IMG/VR virus record: IMGVR_UViG_3300032227_000976
Coordinates: 5,239 to 69,238 of that record
Length of the DNA: 64,000 nt
Reading direction: 5' to 3' (one strand)
From: a virus
Taxonomy: Duplodnaviria; Caudoviricetes
The notes beneath the pieces are model-generated. The model made no database searches, was not told the DNA's origin, and was given only the letters and a program-made list of their open reading frames with translations. A program made the translations under genes and the position numbers. Below are positions 25,212 through 33,572 of this stretch, piece by piece; position 1 is the first letter of the stretch, and each line of letters starts with the position of its first letter.

Positions 25212-27877
25212 AGCGCTGGTGGGACGACGCAGGTGAGTCACTTGGGATCCTTGATCGTGTCGACGATTCGGACGTAGTGCAGGGGGTGGGGACGGCGCTG
25301 CTTGGCTATCACGGCCTCGGAACTGGCGTCTTAAGGCCACTGGTGCAGGCGACGCTGGTGGATGAGCGTGCCGTGTGCGATGCGCTTGCCAGTATCGACC
25401 TGGTTCCGGTGGCGAAAGCTCTGGCTGAGGCAACCCGACCGGTGATGGGCGATGCGTCGGATAGGTATGGGGTGCTGCTTGCCCATGACATGCATGAGCG
25501 GGCGGTGGATTCGACGACTAGGTTTGTGAGGTCGTTGACGGCGACGGGGATGGATTGGCCGAGTGCGCTGTCGCGTGCAGCAGACATTCATGGGGTTCCA
25601 TCTGACCAGATGGGTGTCGCCGGGGAGCGTCTTCGAGCCCAGCGGCTTCCTGTCGCGGCGCAGCAGGATTGGGCGGACCGTGCACTGGTCGGGTATGCGG
25701 CGCATGTGGGCAAGCGTGAAGCCGATGGCGTGGTGTCGAAGTCCATCCGGATTCGCACAGATTCGTGGGATGAGCGCGATCACCCTCGGGACGATGACGG
25801 CCAGTTCACAGCAAAGACCCGCGCTTCCACCAGTGGGGGAGATGACGGCATCGGCAGTCTTCGGCGTGCTGGCAAGTCGAGGAAGGCCCGTCTGGAGAGC
25901 CGTAGGCGACGGATGTCACGCGGCAGCAGGACGTCTTCTTCGAATGGCGTGGTTTTCGCCGGGTCTTCGACGGGTGACGTGGCGTTCGCGGGGTCTGGTG
26001 GCGATGAAACGCCGGTGGGGGCTAGGAGCCGTCAGGTGTCTGTCCGTGAGCAGCAGCCGTCTGCGCGGGAGCGCATCGCCGACCGTAGACGGACACGGAT
26101 ACAGGACCGCAGGAGAGCCGCCCGCAGGGAACGCATCAATGCCTTGCTCACTTCGGAGCCGCCGGAGACGCCGGATTCTTTCTCCGGAGGGCTTGGTAAT
26201 CCGTTCCCGAACGAGCCACGCGACGGGAACGGAAAGTACTTTGGTCACCGCATGGTGCAGCGTAGAGACCTGTACATGCTCATTCCCGGCCATCTTGCGG
26301 AGGAGATCGCTAAAGATGGCGCGTTCAACGTCGGCCGAGTCGCTGAGACGCGCTGGCCGGGTGAGATGTCTGCGCTGACTGCCAAGGAACTGAAAGTGGA
26401 GATCGCCGAGCTCCAAGAGCGGGACAAGGCGATGCGCGCCGCAGGCGAGCACGTTCACAACCCGGTCGGATCACAGGTCATCATTCGGTTCGTTGGCAAA
26501 GAGATGGCGTGGGCACCCAATTCGTCCTCGCACAAGGATGACGAGTCGGAGATCGCTACCGGTGCGACATTCAAGGTTCTTAGGGATAACGCCGACCTGC
26601 ATAGCCCGGAATGGCTTGAGGTTAATGCGACGGATTTCACGTGGCGGGCTACCGCAGCGTCGCCGAGTAAGAAGTTCCGGTCGATGTCGGTGAAGTTAGA
26701 TAACCAGGACGAGTTCGCGTTCCAAGGCTCTGATAACGACGGCTACGGGGATGACGAAGATGACGACGACGAAACCCCGCCGCTGCCGTATGACACTCTC
26801 CACCTCTTCGGGAAGGAAGATGACTGGAATGAGAGCTTGCACCCCCGTGACACGGATGGGACGTTCCGCGCCAAGGGATCGGGACTGAACGGGGTGGAAT
26901 GGAACAGGGATGAGGCGTGGGCTGCGTACCGGAAGGCCCGTAATGAGCGTCTGGCTAAGCGGCGGAAGCGCTTGGCACGTCAAGTGAGGCAAGCACGCAA
27001 AGCATCTGACCGGGTGGGTGTGCAGTTCGCCGGGTCATCCGGTCTCGCTGACGTCGCGGATGCGAGAACGGATACAGCCATTTCTGGGGACCGTGTCACA
27101 CCTGCGCCGTCGCGCGCTCAAGGGAGCCGGGAGCGCATACGTCAGCGGATCAGGGATCGTCGCAGGGAGCGGATGCACGAGCGCCGCAAGGCGCTGCGCG
27201 ACACCGGGTATAAGGGAGACCCGGCGAATGACCTGACCGGCTTGAGTGCAGCGTTCCCTGCCGATGCGGATGCGGCATTCCTTCTGCGCGTCGGAGAGGA
27301 CGGCGGCACCGTTGATGACGAGAAACCTTTCAAAAAGATCATCAGCAGTTTGATCTCCCGGTCAATGCAAGGCAAGGAGTCAATTGCGATCCTTGATAAG
27401 GACCGTTCACCAGGCCGAGAACTGGTTGCGATGCCGGAGTACGAGTCACCGGTGCCGGTGTTTGACACCGCGAACGAGGCAGACGAGTTCGCAGTGCAGT
27501 ACATCTCCAGCATTTACGATGCGTGGGACTCTGACGAGAAACTGCCGAGGCGGCTGTCCGAGTTCATTCAAGAGTCTGAGCAGGCTGGCGTTCACGTGTT
27601 CTCGAAGGCGGTCCCGCACGACACTCTGAAAGGCAAGTGGGTGCCGATGATGTTTTGGAGCGCTCCTTCTTTTGAGGCGCAGCAGATCATCGTCGCGACG
27701 GACGCGCAATGGAAGCGAGCTGCGTTGGGTGAGATCCCGACGTTTGTCGCAAGCGATCCAGTGCCGATGTCTCAGATGCTTGCCGCGAATGGATATGGTG
27801 CAGAACGCATCGAAACAACGAATGATGACTTGGTGCAGGTAATTCGGATGGATTTCATGGACAATGTGAGGCATTAG
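25208..27877 (+). CDS. Large head-module protein (889 aa) with two tandem HPRD..G.F/Arg-rich modules
   Basis: WDERDHPRDDDGQF and WNESLHPRDTDGTF, each followed by Arg-rich and GV.FAGSS segments. Confidence 0.85.
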   Translation: MKRWWDDAGESLGILDRVDDSDVVQGVGTALLGYHGLGTGVLRPLVQATLVDERAVCDALASIDLVPVAKALAEATRPVMGDASDRYGVLLAHDMHERAVDSTTRFVRSLTATGMDWPSALSRAADIHGVPSDQMGVAGERLRAQRLPVAAQQDWADRALVGYAAHVGKREADGVVSKSIRIRTDSWDERDHPRDDDGQFTAKTRASTSGGDDGIGSLRRAGKSRKARLESRRRRMSRGSRTSSSNGVVFAGSSTGDVAFAGSGGDETPVGARSRQVSVREQQPSARERIADRRRTRIQDRRRAARRERINALLTSEPPETPDSFSGGLGNPFPNEPRDGNGKYFGHRMVQRRDLYMLIPGHLAEEIAKDGAFNVGRVAETRWPGEMSALTAKELKVEIAELQERDKAMRAAGEHVHNPVGSQVIIRFVGKEMAWAPNSSSHKDDESEIATGATFKVLRDNADLHSPEWLEVNATDFTWRATAASPSKKFRSMSVKLDNQDEFAFQGSDNDGYGDDEDDDDETPPLPYDTLHLFGKEDDWNESLHPRDTDGTFRAKGSGLNGVEWNRDEAWAAYRKARNERLAKRRKRLARQVRQARKASDRVGVQFAGSSGLADVADARTDTAISGDRVTPAPSRAQGSRERIRQRIRDRRRERMHERRKALRDTGYKGDPANDLTGLSAAFPADADAAFLLRVGEDGGTVDDEKPFKKIISSLISRSMQGKESIAILDKDRSPGRELVAMPEYESPVPVFDTANEADEFAVQYISSIYDAWDSDEKLPRRLSEFIQESEQAGVHVFSKAVPHDTLKGKWVPMMFWSAPSFEAQQIIVATDAQWKRAALGEIPTFVASDPVPMSQMLAANGYGAERIETTNDDLVQVIRMDFMDNVRH

Positions 27878-27885
27878 GAGGATTC

Positions 27886-28698
27886 ATGGATTCGCGTACT
27901 GCTGTAGACGTGCTGCTTGATGTTGACCCGGGGTTCGTTGAGCTGTGTAAGTCGCTGCTTGGTGACGCCGTTGACCCTGTCGACGTGTGGGAGTTTATGT
28001 ACTCGACCGACCCGGTTGTGAAGATGTCGCCGGATTCCGCTGACATGGCGGTCCGGCGGGGCCTTGGCGCTGCGCGTGGCGTGTTGCGCAAGGTGACGGG
28101 GTCTAGGAAGGCGAAGACGGGCGCGCTGATGCTCGTGAGTGGTGCGACTGGTGCTACGGCATCTGACGCGATCCGGTCGAAGGGCGGCGACTCATCACGG
28201 CAGTACGGCTACTCCATCACCCGGGAAGATCCGGCCATGAGCGGCGGCGTCGGTAAGGCCGACGATGACGACGACACGTTCGCCGTGACGTGGTCAGGTG
28301 AGTTCTCGAAGACCGATGACGAAAAGCGGCAAGTGTTTGGGTGGGCATCTGTCGTGGAGATTGACGGCCAGCCGGTCGTGGACCGCCAAGGCGACTGGAT
28401 CACCCCTGACGAGATTGAGAAGGCCGCGTACCAGTACGTGGTGAAGTCTCGCAAGGGCGGCCATCAGCACAAGCGTGATGGCGATAACCCGTTCCATGCA
28501 TCGGACATGATCGAGAGCATTGTGTTCACACCGGAGAAGATTTCGAAGATGGGTCTTCCGGATGACTTCCCTGTTGGCTGGTGGGTCGGCTACAAGGTCA
28601 ATGACGATGACACGTGGGACAAGGTGAAGAACAGGGACGTGACTGGTTTTTCAATTCACGGAAAAGGCAAGCGGAGCCCTGTGGGGAGTGATGTGTGA
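27886..28698 (+). CDS. Capsid maturation protease, XkdF-like (Peptidase S78_2) with N-terminal extension
   Basis: KRQVFGWASV...DRQGD.I...EIEKAAY.Y...H...MIESIV...GWWVGYKV.D...W..VK....TGFSIHG. Confidence 0.85.
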   Translation: MDSRTAVDVLLDVDPGFVELCKSLLGDAVDPVDVWEFMYSTDPVVKMSPDSADMAVRRGLGAARGVLRKVTGSRKAKTGALMLVSGATGATASDAIRSKGGDSSRQYGYSITREDPAMSGGVGKADDDDDTFAVTWSGEFSKTDDEKRQVFGWASVVEIDGQPVVDRQGDWITPDEIEKAAYQYVVKSRKGGHQHKRDGDNPFHASDMIESIVFTPEKISKMGLPDDFPVGWWVGYKVNDDDTWDKVKNRDVTGFSIHGKGKRSPVGSDV

Positions 28699-28976
28699 TG
28701 CCGGTGATGCCGAATGCGAAGTCGCTGTCTGTGGGCCAGGTTGAGGCGCTCCCGATCCCTGAATGGGCACGGGTGCCGTTCTCGCTTCCTCGTGTGGTTG
28801 CGAACCCGCTGGACATGGCGGCAGGCAGCCGGATGACGGCGTTGAACACCAGGCGTGTGCTGGCGATTCCGACGTTGCCGTGGACTCAAGGTCGGGTTGC
28901 GCGCGCTGGTCTCGGGGTCGCGCAGGGCGCTGCGGCCACGTTTAACCCAATCGGATATGGACAGAGGTACTCATGA
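28695..28976 (+). CDS. Hypothetical protein (93 aa)
   Basis: Coupled overlaps on both sides. Confidence 0.6.
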   Translation: MMPVMPNAKSLSVGQVEALPIPEWARVPFSLPRVVANPLDMAAGSRMTALNTRRVLAIPTLPWTQGRVARAGLGVAQGAAATFNPIGYGQRYS

Positions 28977-29683
28977 TCGTGTCGAAGCGTCAGATGACTG
29001 ATGAGCAGCGCAGCCAGCGCACGCAGGCCCGCGTGGGCTTGGCGAGCAATGTGCTGGGGATCGCCGCTGGTGGGGCTGCCCTCGCAGGCGCGGCGAGGAA
29101 CCCGGCGCTGCGGAATCCGACTGCTCAGAATGCTGGTCCGGTTACTGGGAAGTTCGTGTGGCGTAATCGCACGTTAAATGGCCGTGGGAGGGCGCTTGTG
29201 CGGGCTGGGGCTGCCGGTGCGATCGGCTTGCAGTCGGCGAATCTTGTCGGTGATCTCGTGGCGAACAGGGTGTTGTCGCGTGAGGCGAAGAAGGGCGATT
29301 CAGTGAAGAAGAGCGTGGAGCAGTCGATCGTGAGCAAGTCCTCGCAGGCGCGGGTGACGGGCCGTGGCGTGAACATTGAGAAGTCGGAGAAGGCCGTCGA
29401 GAAGCGCTACTACGACCCGGAGATGGACCGTCAGCGCCGTCTTGGCATGTACGCGGGCGCTGGGCTCGGAGCCGGTGCCGGCCTGATCGCCATGGGTGCC
29501 AGCGGGGTGAAGCCGTCGTCACGTGAGGTTGAAGGGGGCCGGGTGGTGCGCGGCCTGTCGATGCCGAAGGGCAAGAAGGCTCGCGGAAAACTGGCGCTCC
29601 TCGCTGCGGGGCTCGCATCTACTGGTGGCGGCATCGCCGCATACAAGCATTCGAACAGCCGTGAGAACGATCCTTGGGACTGA
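28973..29683 (+). CDS. Basic Ala/Gly-rich modular head protein (236 aa)
   Basis: IVSK|R, VKK|S, IVSK|S, IEK|S and VEK|R motifs; four Gly/Ala hydrophobic segments. Confidence 0.8.
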   Translation: MIVSKRQMTDEQRSQRTQARVGLASNVLGIAAGGAALAGAARNPALRNPTAQNAGPVTGKFVWRNRTLNGRGRALVRAGAAGAIGLQSANLVGDLVANRVLSREAKKGDSVKKSVEQSIVSKSSQARVTGRGVNIEKSEKAVEKRYYDPEMDRQRRLGMYAGAGLGAGAGLIAMGASGVKPSSREVEGGRVVRGLSMPKGKKARGKLALLAAGLASTGGGIAAYKHSNSRENDPWD

Positions 29684-29704
29684 GTCCTAGTCGTTTCACT
29701 CGTT

Positions 29705-29731
29705 AAGGGGTCGCCTTCGGGCGGCCCTTTT
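29705..29731 (+). terminator. Rho-independent terminator
   Basis: AAGGGGTCGCC-TTCG-GGCGGCCCTTTT. Confidence 0.85.
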
Positions 29732-29841
29732 GCGTTGCTATGCATCGCTATGCATCAGAACGCCTTCAAGATCACAAATTGGTAACGAAAAATGCATCAA
29801 TGGTAAGGGTCTGAAGCATTGTGATACCCCATGATGGTCTC

Positions 29842-30753
29842 ATGGGACGAACCGTGAGCAAACTGATTGACCTCGACATTGATGAGGTATCCCTCGTCGA
29901 CCGAGCAGCAAATCAGCACTCACTGGTCGCGTTCTCCAAGAGCCTCCACGAGGGGGCTTCCAATCATCTGGAGGATTCCGTGAGTGCTGATATCTCAGTG
30001 TTCAACGATACCGGCGAGGAAGTGGACGCCAACGAACTTGAGCACGGTGACACCGTCTTTGACGCCGATGGAAACGAGTACGTGTTCGTTGAGGACGGCG
30101 AGGAAGACGAGGTAGGCAAGGCCGACCTCATGCGCACCGCACGCGTAATGGGACGCCGCAAGGGGCGTCAGGCCAAAGACATGTTCAACCGGATTCCGAC
30201 GGGCGCAAAGTACGGCGCTGCTGCGGGTGCAGGAGTTGGCGCTGGCATGGCCGCAGGGTCGTACAGCAAGTCGCTGTCAGAGGAAATCCTTGAGGACTTC
30301 TCCAAAGCCGTCACCGACCGCGACCGTGACTACGTCATCGCCAAGGCCATGGACGAGGTGTCGAAGGCACAGGAGATTGCCAAAGAGGCGATGCAGTGGG
30401 CTGAGTACGAGCATGACGCGCGCATGACTGAGGCGTTCATCTCGAAGGCTGCGGAGTACAACCTCCCGGTCGCGCCCGACGTTCTCGGACCGATCCTCAA
30501 GTCACTTGCCGAGGCCCTCACCGACGAGCAGCTCGACGTGCTTGACGAGATCTTCAACGCCGTCGGGGACACCCTCTACGACGAGATCGGCTACGTGGGC
30601 GGAGGCTCCAACAGCTCGGTCTTCGACCAGGTCGATGCGTTCGCTTCCGAGTTCGTCGGCAAGTCCGACCTCTCCCGCGAGCAGGCAACCACGCTCATGT
30701 TCGAGGCCAATCCTGCGGCCTACGACGCATACATCTCCGAGATGGGACGGTAA
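29842..30753 (+). CDS. Capsid scaffolding protein
   Basis: L.DLDIDEVSLVDRAAN N-terminus; acidic/helical body; position between protease and capsid genes. Confidence 0.75.
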   Translation: MGRTVSKLIDLDIDEVSLVDRAANQHSLVAFSKSLHEGASNHLEDSVSADISVFNDTGEEVDANELEHGDTVFDADGNEYVFVEDGEEDEVGKADLMRTARVMGRRKGRQAKDMFNRIPTGAKYGAAAGAGVGAGMAAGSYSKSLSEEILEDFSKAVTDRDRDYVIAKAMDEVSKAQEIAKEAMQWAEYEHDARMTEAFISKAAEYNLPVAPDVLGPILKSLAEALTDEQLDVLDEIFNAVGDTLYDEIGYVGGGSNSSVFDQVDAFASEFVGKSDLSREQATTLMFEANPAAYDAYISEMGR

Positions 30754-30758
30754 CAGCA

Positions 30759-31166
30759 ATGGCTTTTGAAGAGAACATTTATAGCGCCTCATTCGCGGCT
30801 GACGCGTCTCTTGCGAAGTACACGGGCGTTCCCGGCCAGCCGGGCTCGGCTGTCCCGAACAGCGGCTTCCAGTACCGCTTTGTGAAGGTCACCGGCAAGG
30901 CGCAGGTCGGTCTTGCCACTGACTCTGGTGACCGGCTTATCGGGGTCATGCAGTCGAAGCCCCAGGTCGTCGGCCAAGCAGCGACTATCGGAATCTGGGG
31001 CATCAGCCTCGTCGTCTCCGGTGGCGTTGTTTCAGCAGGCGACGAAATCACGACCGACGCTCAGGGTCAGGCCATCAAGTCACTGGACCCGGCGACATCC
31101 CGTGGTGTCGCAATCACCTCTTCATCGATCGCAGGCGAGCTCATCTCCGTCCTGCTCCAGTTTTAG
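30759..31166 (+). CDS. Capsid cement/decoration protein (DUF2190-like)
   Basis: YRFVKV...IGVMQSKP...GQAATI...G...V.AGDEITTDAQGQAI; immediately upstream of the MCP. Confidence 0.75.
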   Translation: MAFEENIYSASFAADASLAKYTGVPGQPGSAVPNSGFQYRFVKVTGKAQVGLATDSGDRLIGVMQSKPQVVGQAATIGIWGISLVVSGGVVSAGDEITTDAQGQAIKSLDPATSRGVAITSSSIAGELISVLLQF

Positions 31167-31186
31167 GAACAGGAAGGTAGAGACAA

Positions 31187-32167
31187 ATGCCTAGTCCCTC
31201 GCAATCCGATCTTCACGTAAACGTGCCGCTGACGAATGTCAGCATCGCGTACATGCAGTCGTCGGACGCATACATCGCGGACAAGATCTTTCCGAAGGTC
31301 CCCGTGAAGAAGCAGTCAGACTTGTACTGGAAGTACAGCAAGTCTGACTGGCGTCGTACCGATGTCGAACGCCGTGCTCCCTCGACTGAGTCGAAGGGTG
31401 TCGGCTGGAATATGGACACCGACCAGTACTTCGCGCACGTGTACGCCGTCCACAAGGATGTTGACGACCAGTTGCGGTCGAACGCGGACTCGAACTTCAA
31501 TTTGGACCGTGACGCGACGGAGTTCATCACGAACCAACTCCTGCTTAAGCGGGATATCGACTGGAACACGTCGTACTTCCAGCCGGGTATTTGGGCGAAG
31601 GACCAGACTGGCGGCACTGATTTCACCAAGTGGAGCGATGCTGGGTCCGATCCGATCGGAAATGTCGCGGACTGGATCCTTGAGTTCCGCAAGCTCACGG
31701 GCTTCGCCCCGAACAAGATGATCCTGGGTGCTGAGGTCATGAAGTCCCTCAAGCAGCACCCGGACATCATCGACCGCATCAAGTACACGCAGAAGGGCAT
31801 CGTCACAGAGGATCTCATCGCGACCCTCTTCAATGTCGATCAGCTTTTCACGTCGTACGCGACGGTCGCGTCTGGACCGCAGTTTGATGACGCCCGCACT
31901 CAGGACGCGGCGGCGACGTTCGACTTCATCAGCAACGCGAAGTCGGTCCTCCTCGCTTACGCCCCGGGCGCTCCGTCGCTCATGACCCCGTCTGCCGGGT
32001 ACACGTTCACGTGGAACGGCTACCTCGGCGGGAATGGCGAGGGCGTGAAGATCAAGCGGTTCCGCATGGAGCAGATTGCCTCTGACCGCGTGGAGGCGGA
32101 GATGACCTACGACATGAAGGTTGTTTCCAAGGATCTTGGTTCCTTCGCAAAAGAGGTCGTCGCCTGA
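31187..32167 (+). CDS. Major capsid protein (lambda gpE-like)
   Basis: PLTNVSIAY...IADKIFPKVPV.KQSD.YW.Y; PNKMILG...LKQHPDIIDRIKYT; size and position. Confidence 0.9.
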   Translation: MPSPSQSDLHVNVPLTNVSIAYMQSSDAYIADKIFPKVPVKKQSDLYWKYSKSDWRRTDVERRAPSTESKGVGWNMDTDQYFAHVYAVHKDVDDQLRSNADSNFNLDRDATEFITNQLLLKRDIDWNTSYFQPGIWAKDQTGGTDFTKWSDAGSDPIGNVADWILEFRKLTGFAPNKMILGAEVMKSLKQHPDIIDRIKYTQKGIVTEDLIATLFNVDQLFTSYATVASGPQFDDARTQDAAATFDFISNAKSVLLAYAPGAPSLMTPSAGYTFTWNGYLGGNGEGVKIKRFRMEQIASDRVEAEMTYDMKVVSKDLGSFAKEVVA

Positions 32168-32664
32168 TGTTTCAGGTGCCGAACAGTGTTGTCGTCCGTC
32201 GGCCTATCACCCTTAATGGCGTGCTGGTGCCGGCGGGCACTTCGCTGTCCAAGCAGCAGGTCATTGATCTGGGCCGGGAGTTGAACGCGCTGCTGGATTC
32301 CGGATTTGTGGTCGCTCTCCCGGACCCGAATGAGCGGCGTGGTAGGCCTCCTCGCCCGACGAGCCTGCCTCCGGTTATCCGTAACGCGATGCTGGGGAAG
32401 ATGAGTTCGCCCTTGGCCGTGTCTGCGACGGTCGCGGGGAACGCGGTCAGCGTGGTGGTGACTGGCGGCGTGCCGCAGTTCACGGTCACGATCGACAATG
32501 CGCTGCCGCAGTCGAAGTCGTCCCGGACGTTCGCGTTTACGGGTGTCGGTGCCGGTGATCACCAGATAGAGGTCACGGACGGCGCTGGGGCGAAGAGTGA
32601 CTACTCGGTGAAGGTGACGGTTGCCGATGAGGTAGCGAAGCCTGTTCGCAAGAAGGCGGAGTAG
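32167..32664 (+). CDS. Head accessory protein with C-terminal Ig-like domain
   Basis: TGGVPQFTV...GAGDHQIEVTDG Ig-like pattern; TGATG coupling to the MCP. Confidence 0.6.
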   Translation: MFQVPNSVVVRRPITLNGVLVPAGTSLSKQQVIDLGRELNALLDSGFVVALPDPNERRGRPPRPTSLPPVIRNAMLGKMSSPLAVSATVAGNAVSVVVTGGVPQFTVTIDNALPQSKSSRTFAFTGVGAGDHQIEVTDGAGAKSDYSVKVTVADEVAKPVRKKAE

Positions 32665-32667
32665 CTG

Positions 32668-32883
32668 ATGTCTACTGAGGCGTTTGAGATGGTTCCCTCA
32701 GACCGGATTCGTCCTAGGGATGTCACGAAGAAGCGCCCTACTGGTCCCCGTTACGTGGCACGCAAGCCCATGGTGATCGGTGACAAGAAGATCAAGATCG
32801 GGGATTCGGTCCCTGAGGCCAGGAAGTGGCCGCGCGTTGAGGCGTGGGTCCGCAGCGGCTACATAGACATCGTGGAGGGCTAG
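32668..32883 (+). CDS. Small head-associated protein (71 aa)
   Basis: YVARKPM...GDSVP...SGYI pattern, similar to the N-terminal domain of the preceding gene. Confidence 0.65.
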   Translation: MSTEAFEMVPSDRIRPRDVTKKRPTGPRYVARKPMVIGDKKIKIGDSVPEARKWPRVEAWVRSGYIDIVEG

Positions 32884-32885
32884 TC

Positions 32886-33566
32886 ATGTTTGATGCTCGT
32901 GAGGTTGCTGTGTCGAAGACGGCGCTGGCTCGACGGATCGCTGCGGTGACCGATGAGGCGACGATGGCGGCGGCAACGCGGTCCGGTCGCAGGGCTGCAA
33001 CGGCTGCTGGTGATGACTCGGTTCAGGTGGCTCATGCTGGTCGCGGCGGAATGTCGTCGCGTAAGAAGGCGTTGATCGCTACTGGTGTGGCGGTTCCGGT
33101 TGTTGGTGGCGCACTCATCGCGACGCGGCGCAGTAATGGCGTGGATAAGGCCTTGAATGCTGGGCAACTGGCGGGTCATTTCTCGAACAAGATTGCTGGT
33201 ACGACGATTCGCCGTGGCGGGATGTTGAAGCCGAAGCGGGTCAAGGGGACTGGCGCGCTCATGCTCGATTCCCGGTCGTCTGCGGTCGCTGGCCGCATGG
33301 TGCGTCCTTCTGGTACTGCGCCGAAGGGCATGGTGGAGACACTTCCGGGGAGGCGTGCTGGTGGAGCGAATCGCGCGATCGCCTCGCAGGGGTACCGTGC
33401 GAATCTTGAGTCCATTGCGAGGACGGCACCTGCGAAACTTGAGGGGTTAAAGGCTCGGGGCCAGTTGGAGCGCTGGCATCAGGGTGCGCTGCGCGCTGAG
33501 CGTAAGCGAGTCGGCACGGAGCCGCGCCGGGTGGCGCTGCGTCCGAAGCGCGATATTTGGTCGTAG
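32886..33566 (+). CDS. Basic Ala/Gly-rich modular protein (226 aa)
   Basis: AVSK|T and GVDK|A motifs; ALIATGVAVPVVGGALIA segment. Confidence 0.7.
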   Translation: MFDAREVAVSKTALARRIAAVTDEATMAAATRSGRRAATAAGDDSVQVAHAGRGGMSSRKKALIATGVAVPVVGGALIATRRSNGVDKALNAGQLAGHFSNKIAGTTIRRGGMLKPKRVKGTGALMLDSRSSAVAGRMVRPSGTAPKGMVETLPGRRAGGANRAIASQGYRANLESIARTAPAKLEGLKARGQLERWHQGALRAERKRVGTEPRRVALRPKRDIWS

Positions 33567-33572
33567 GTAGCC

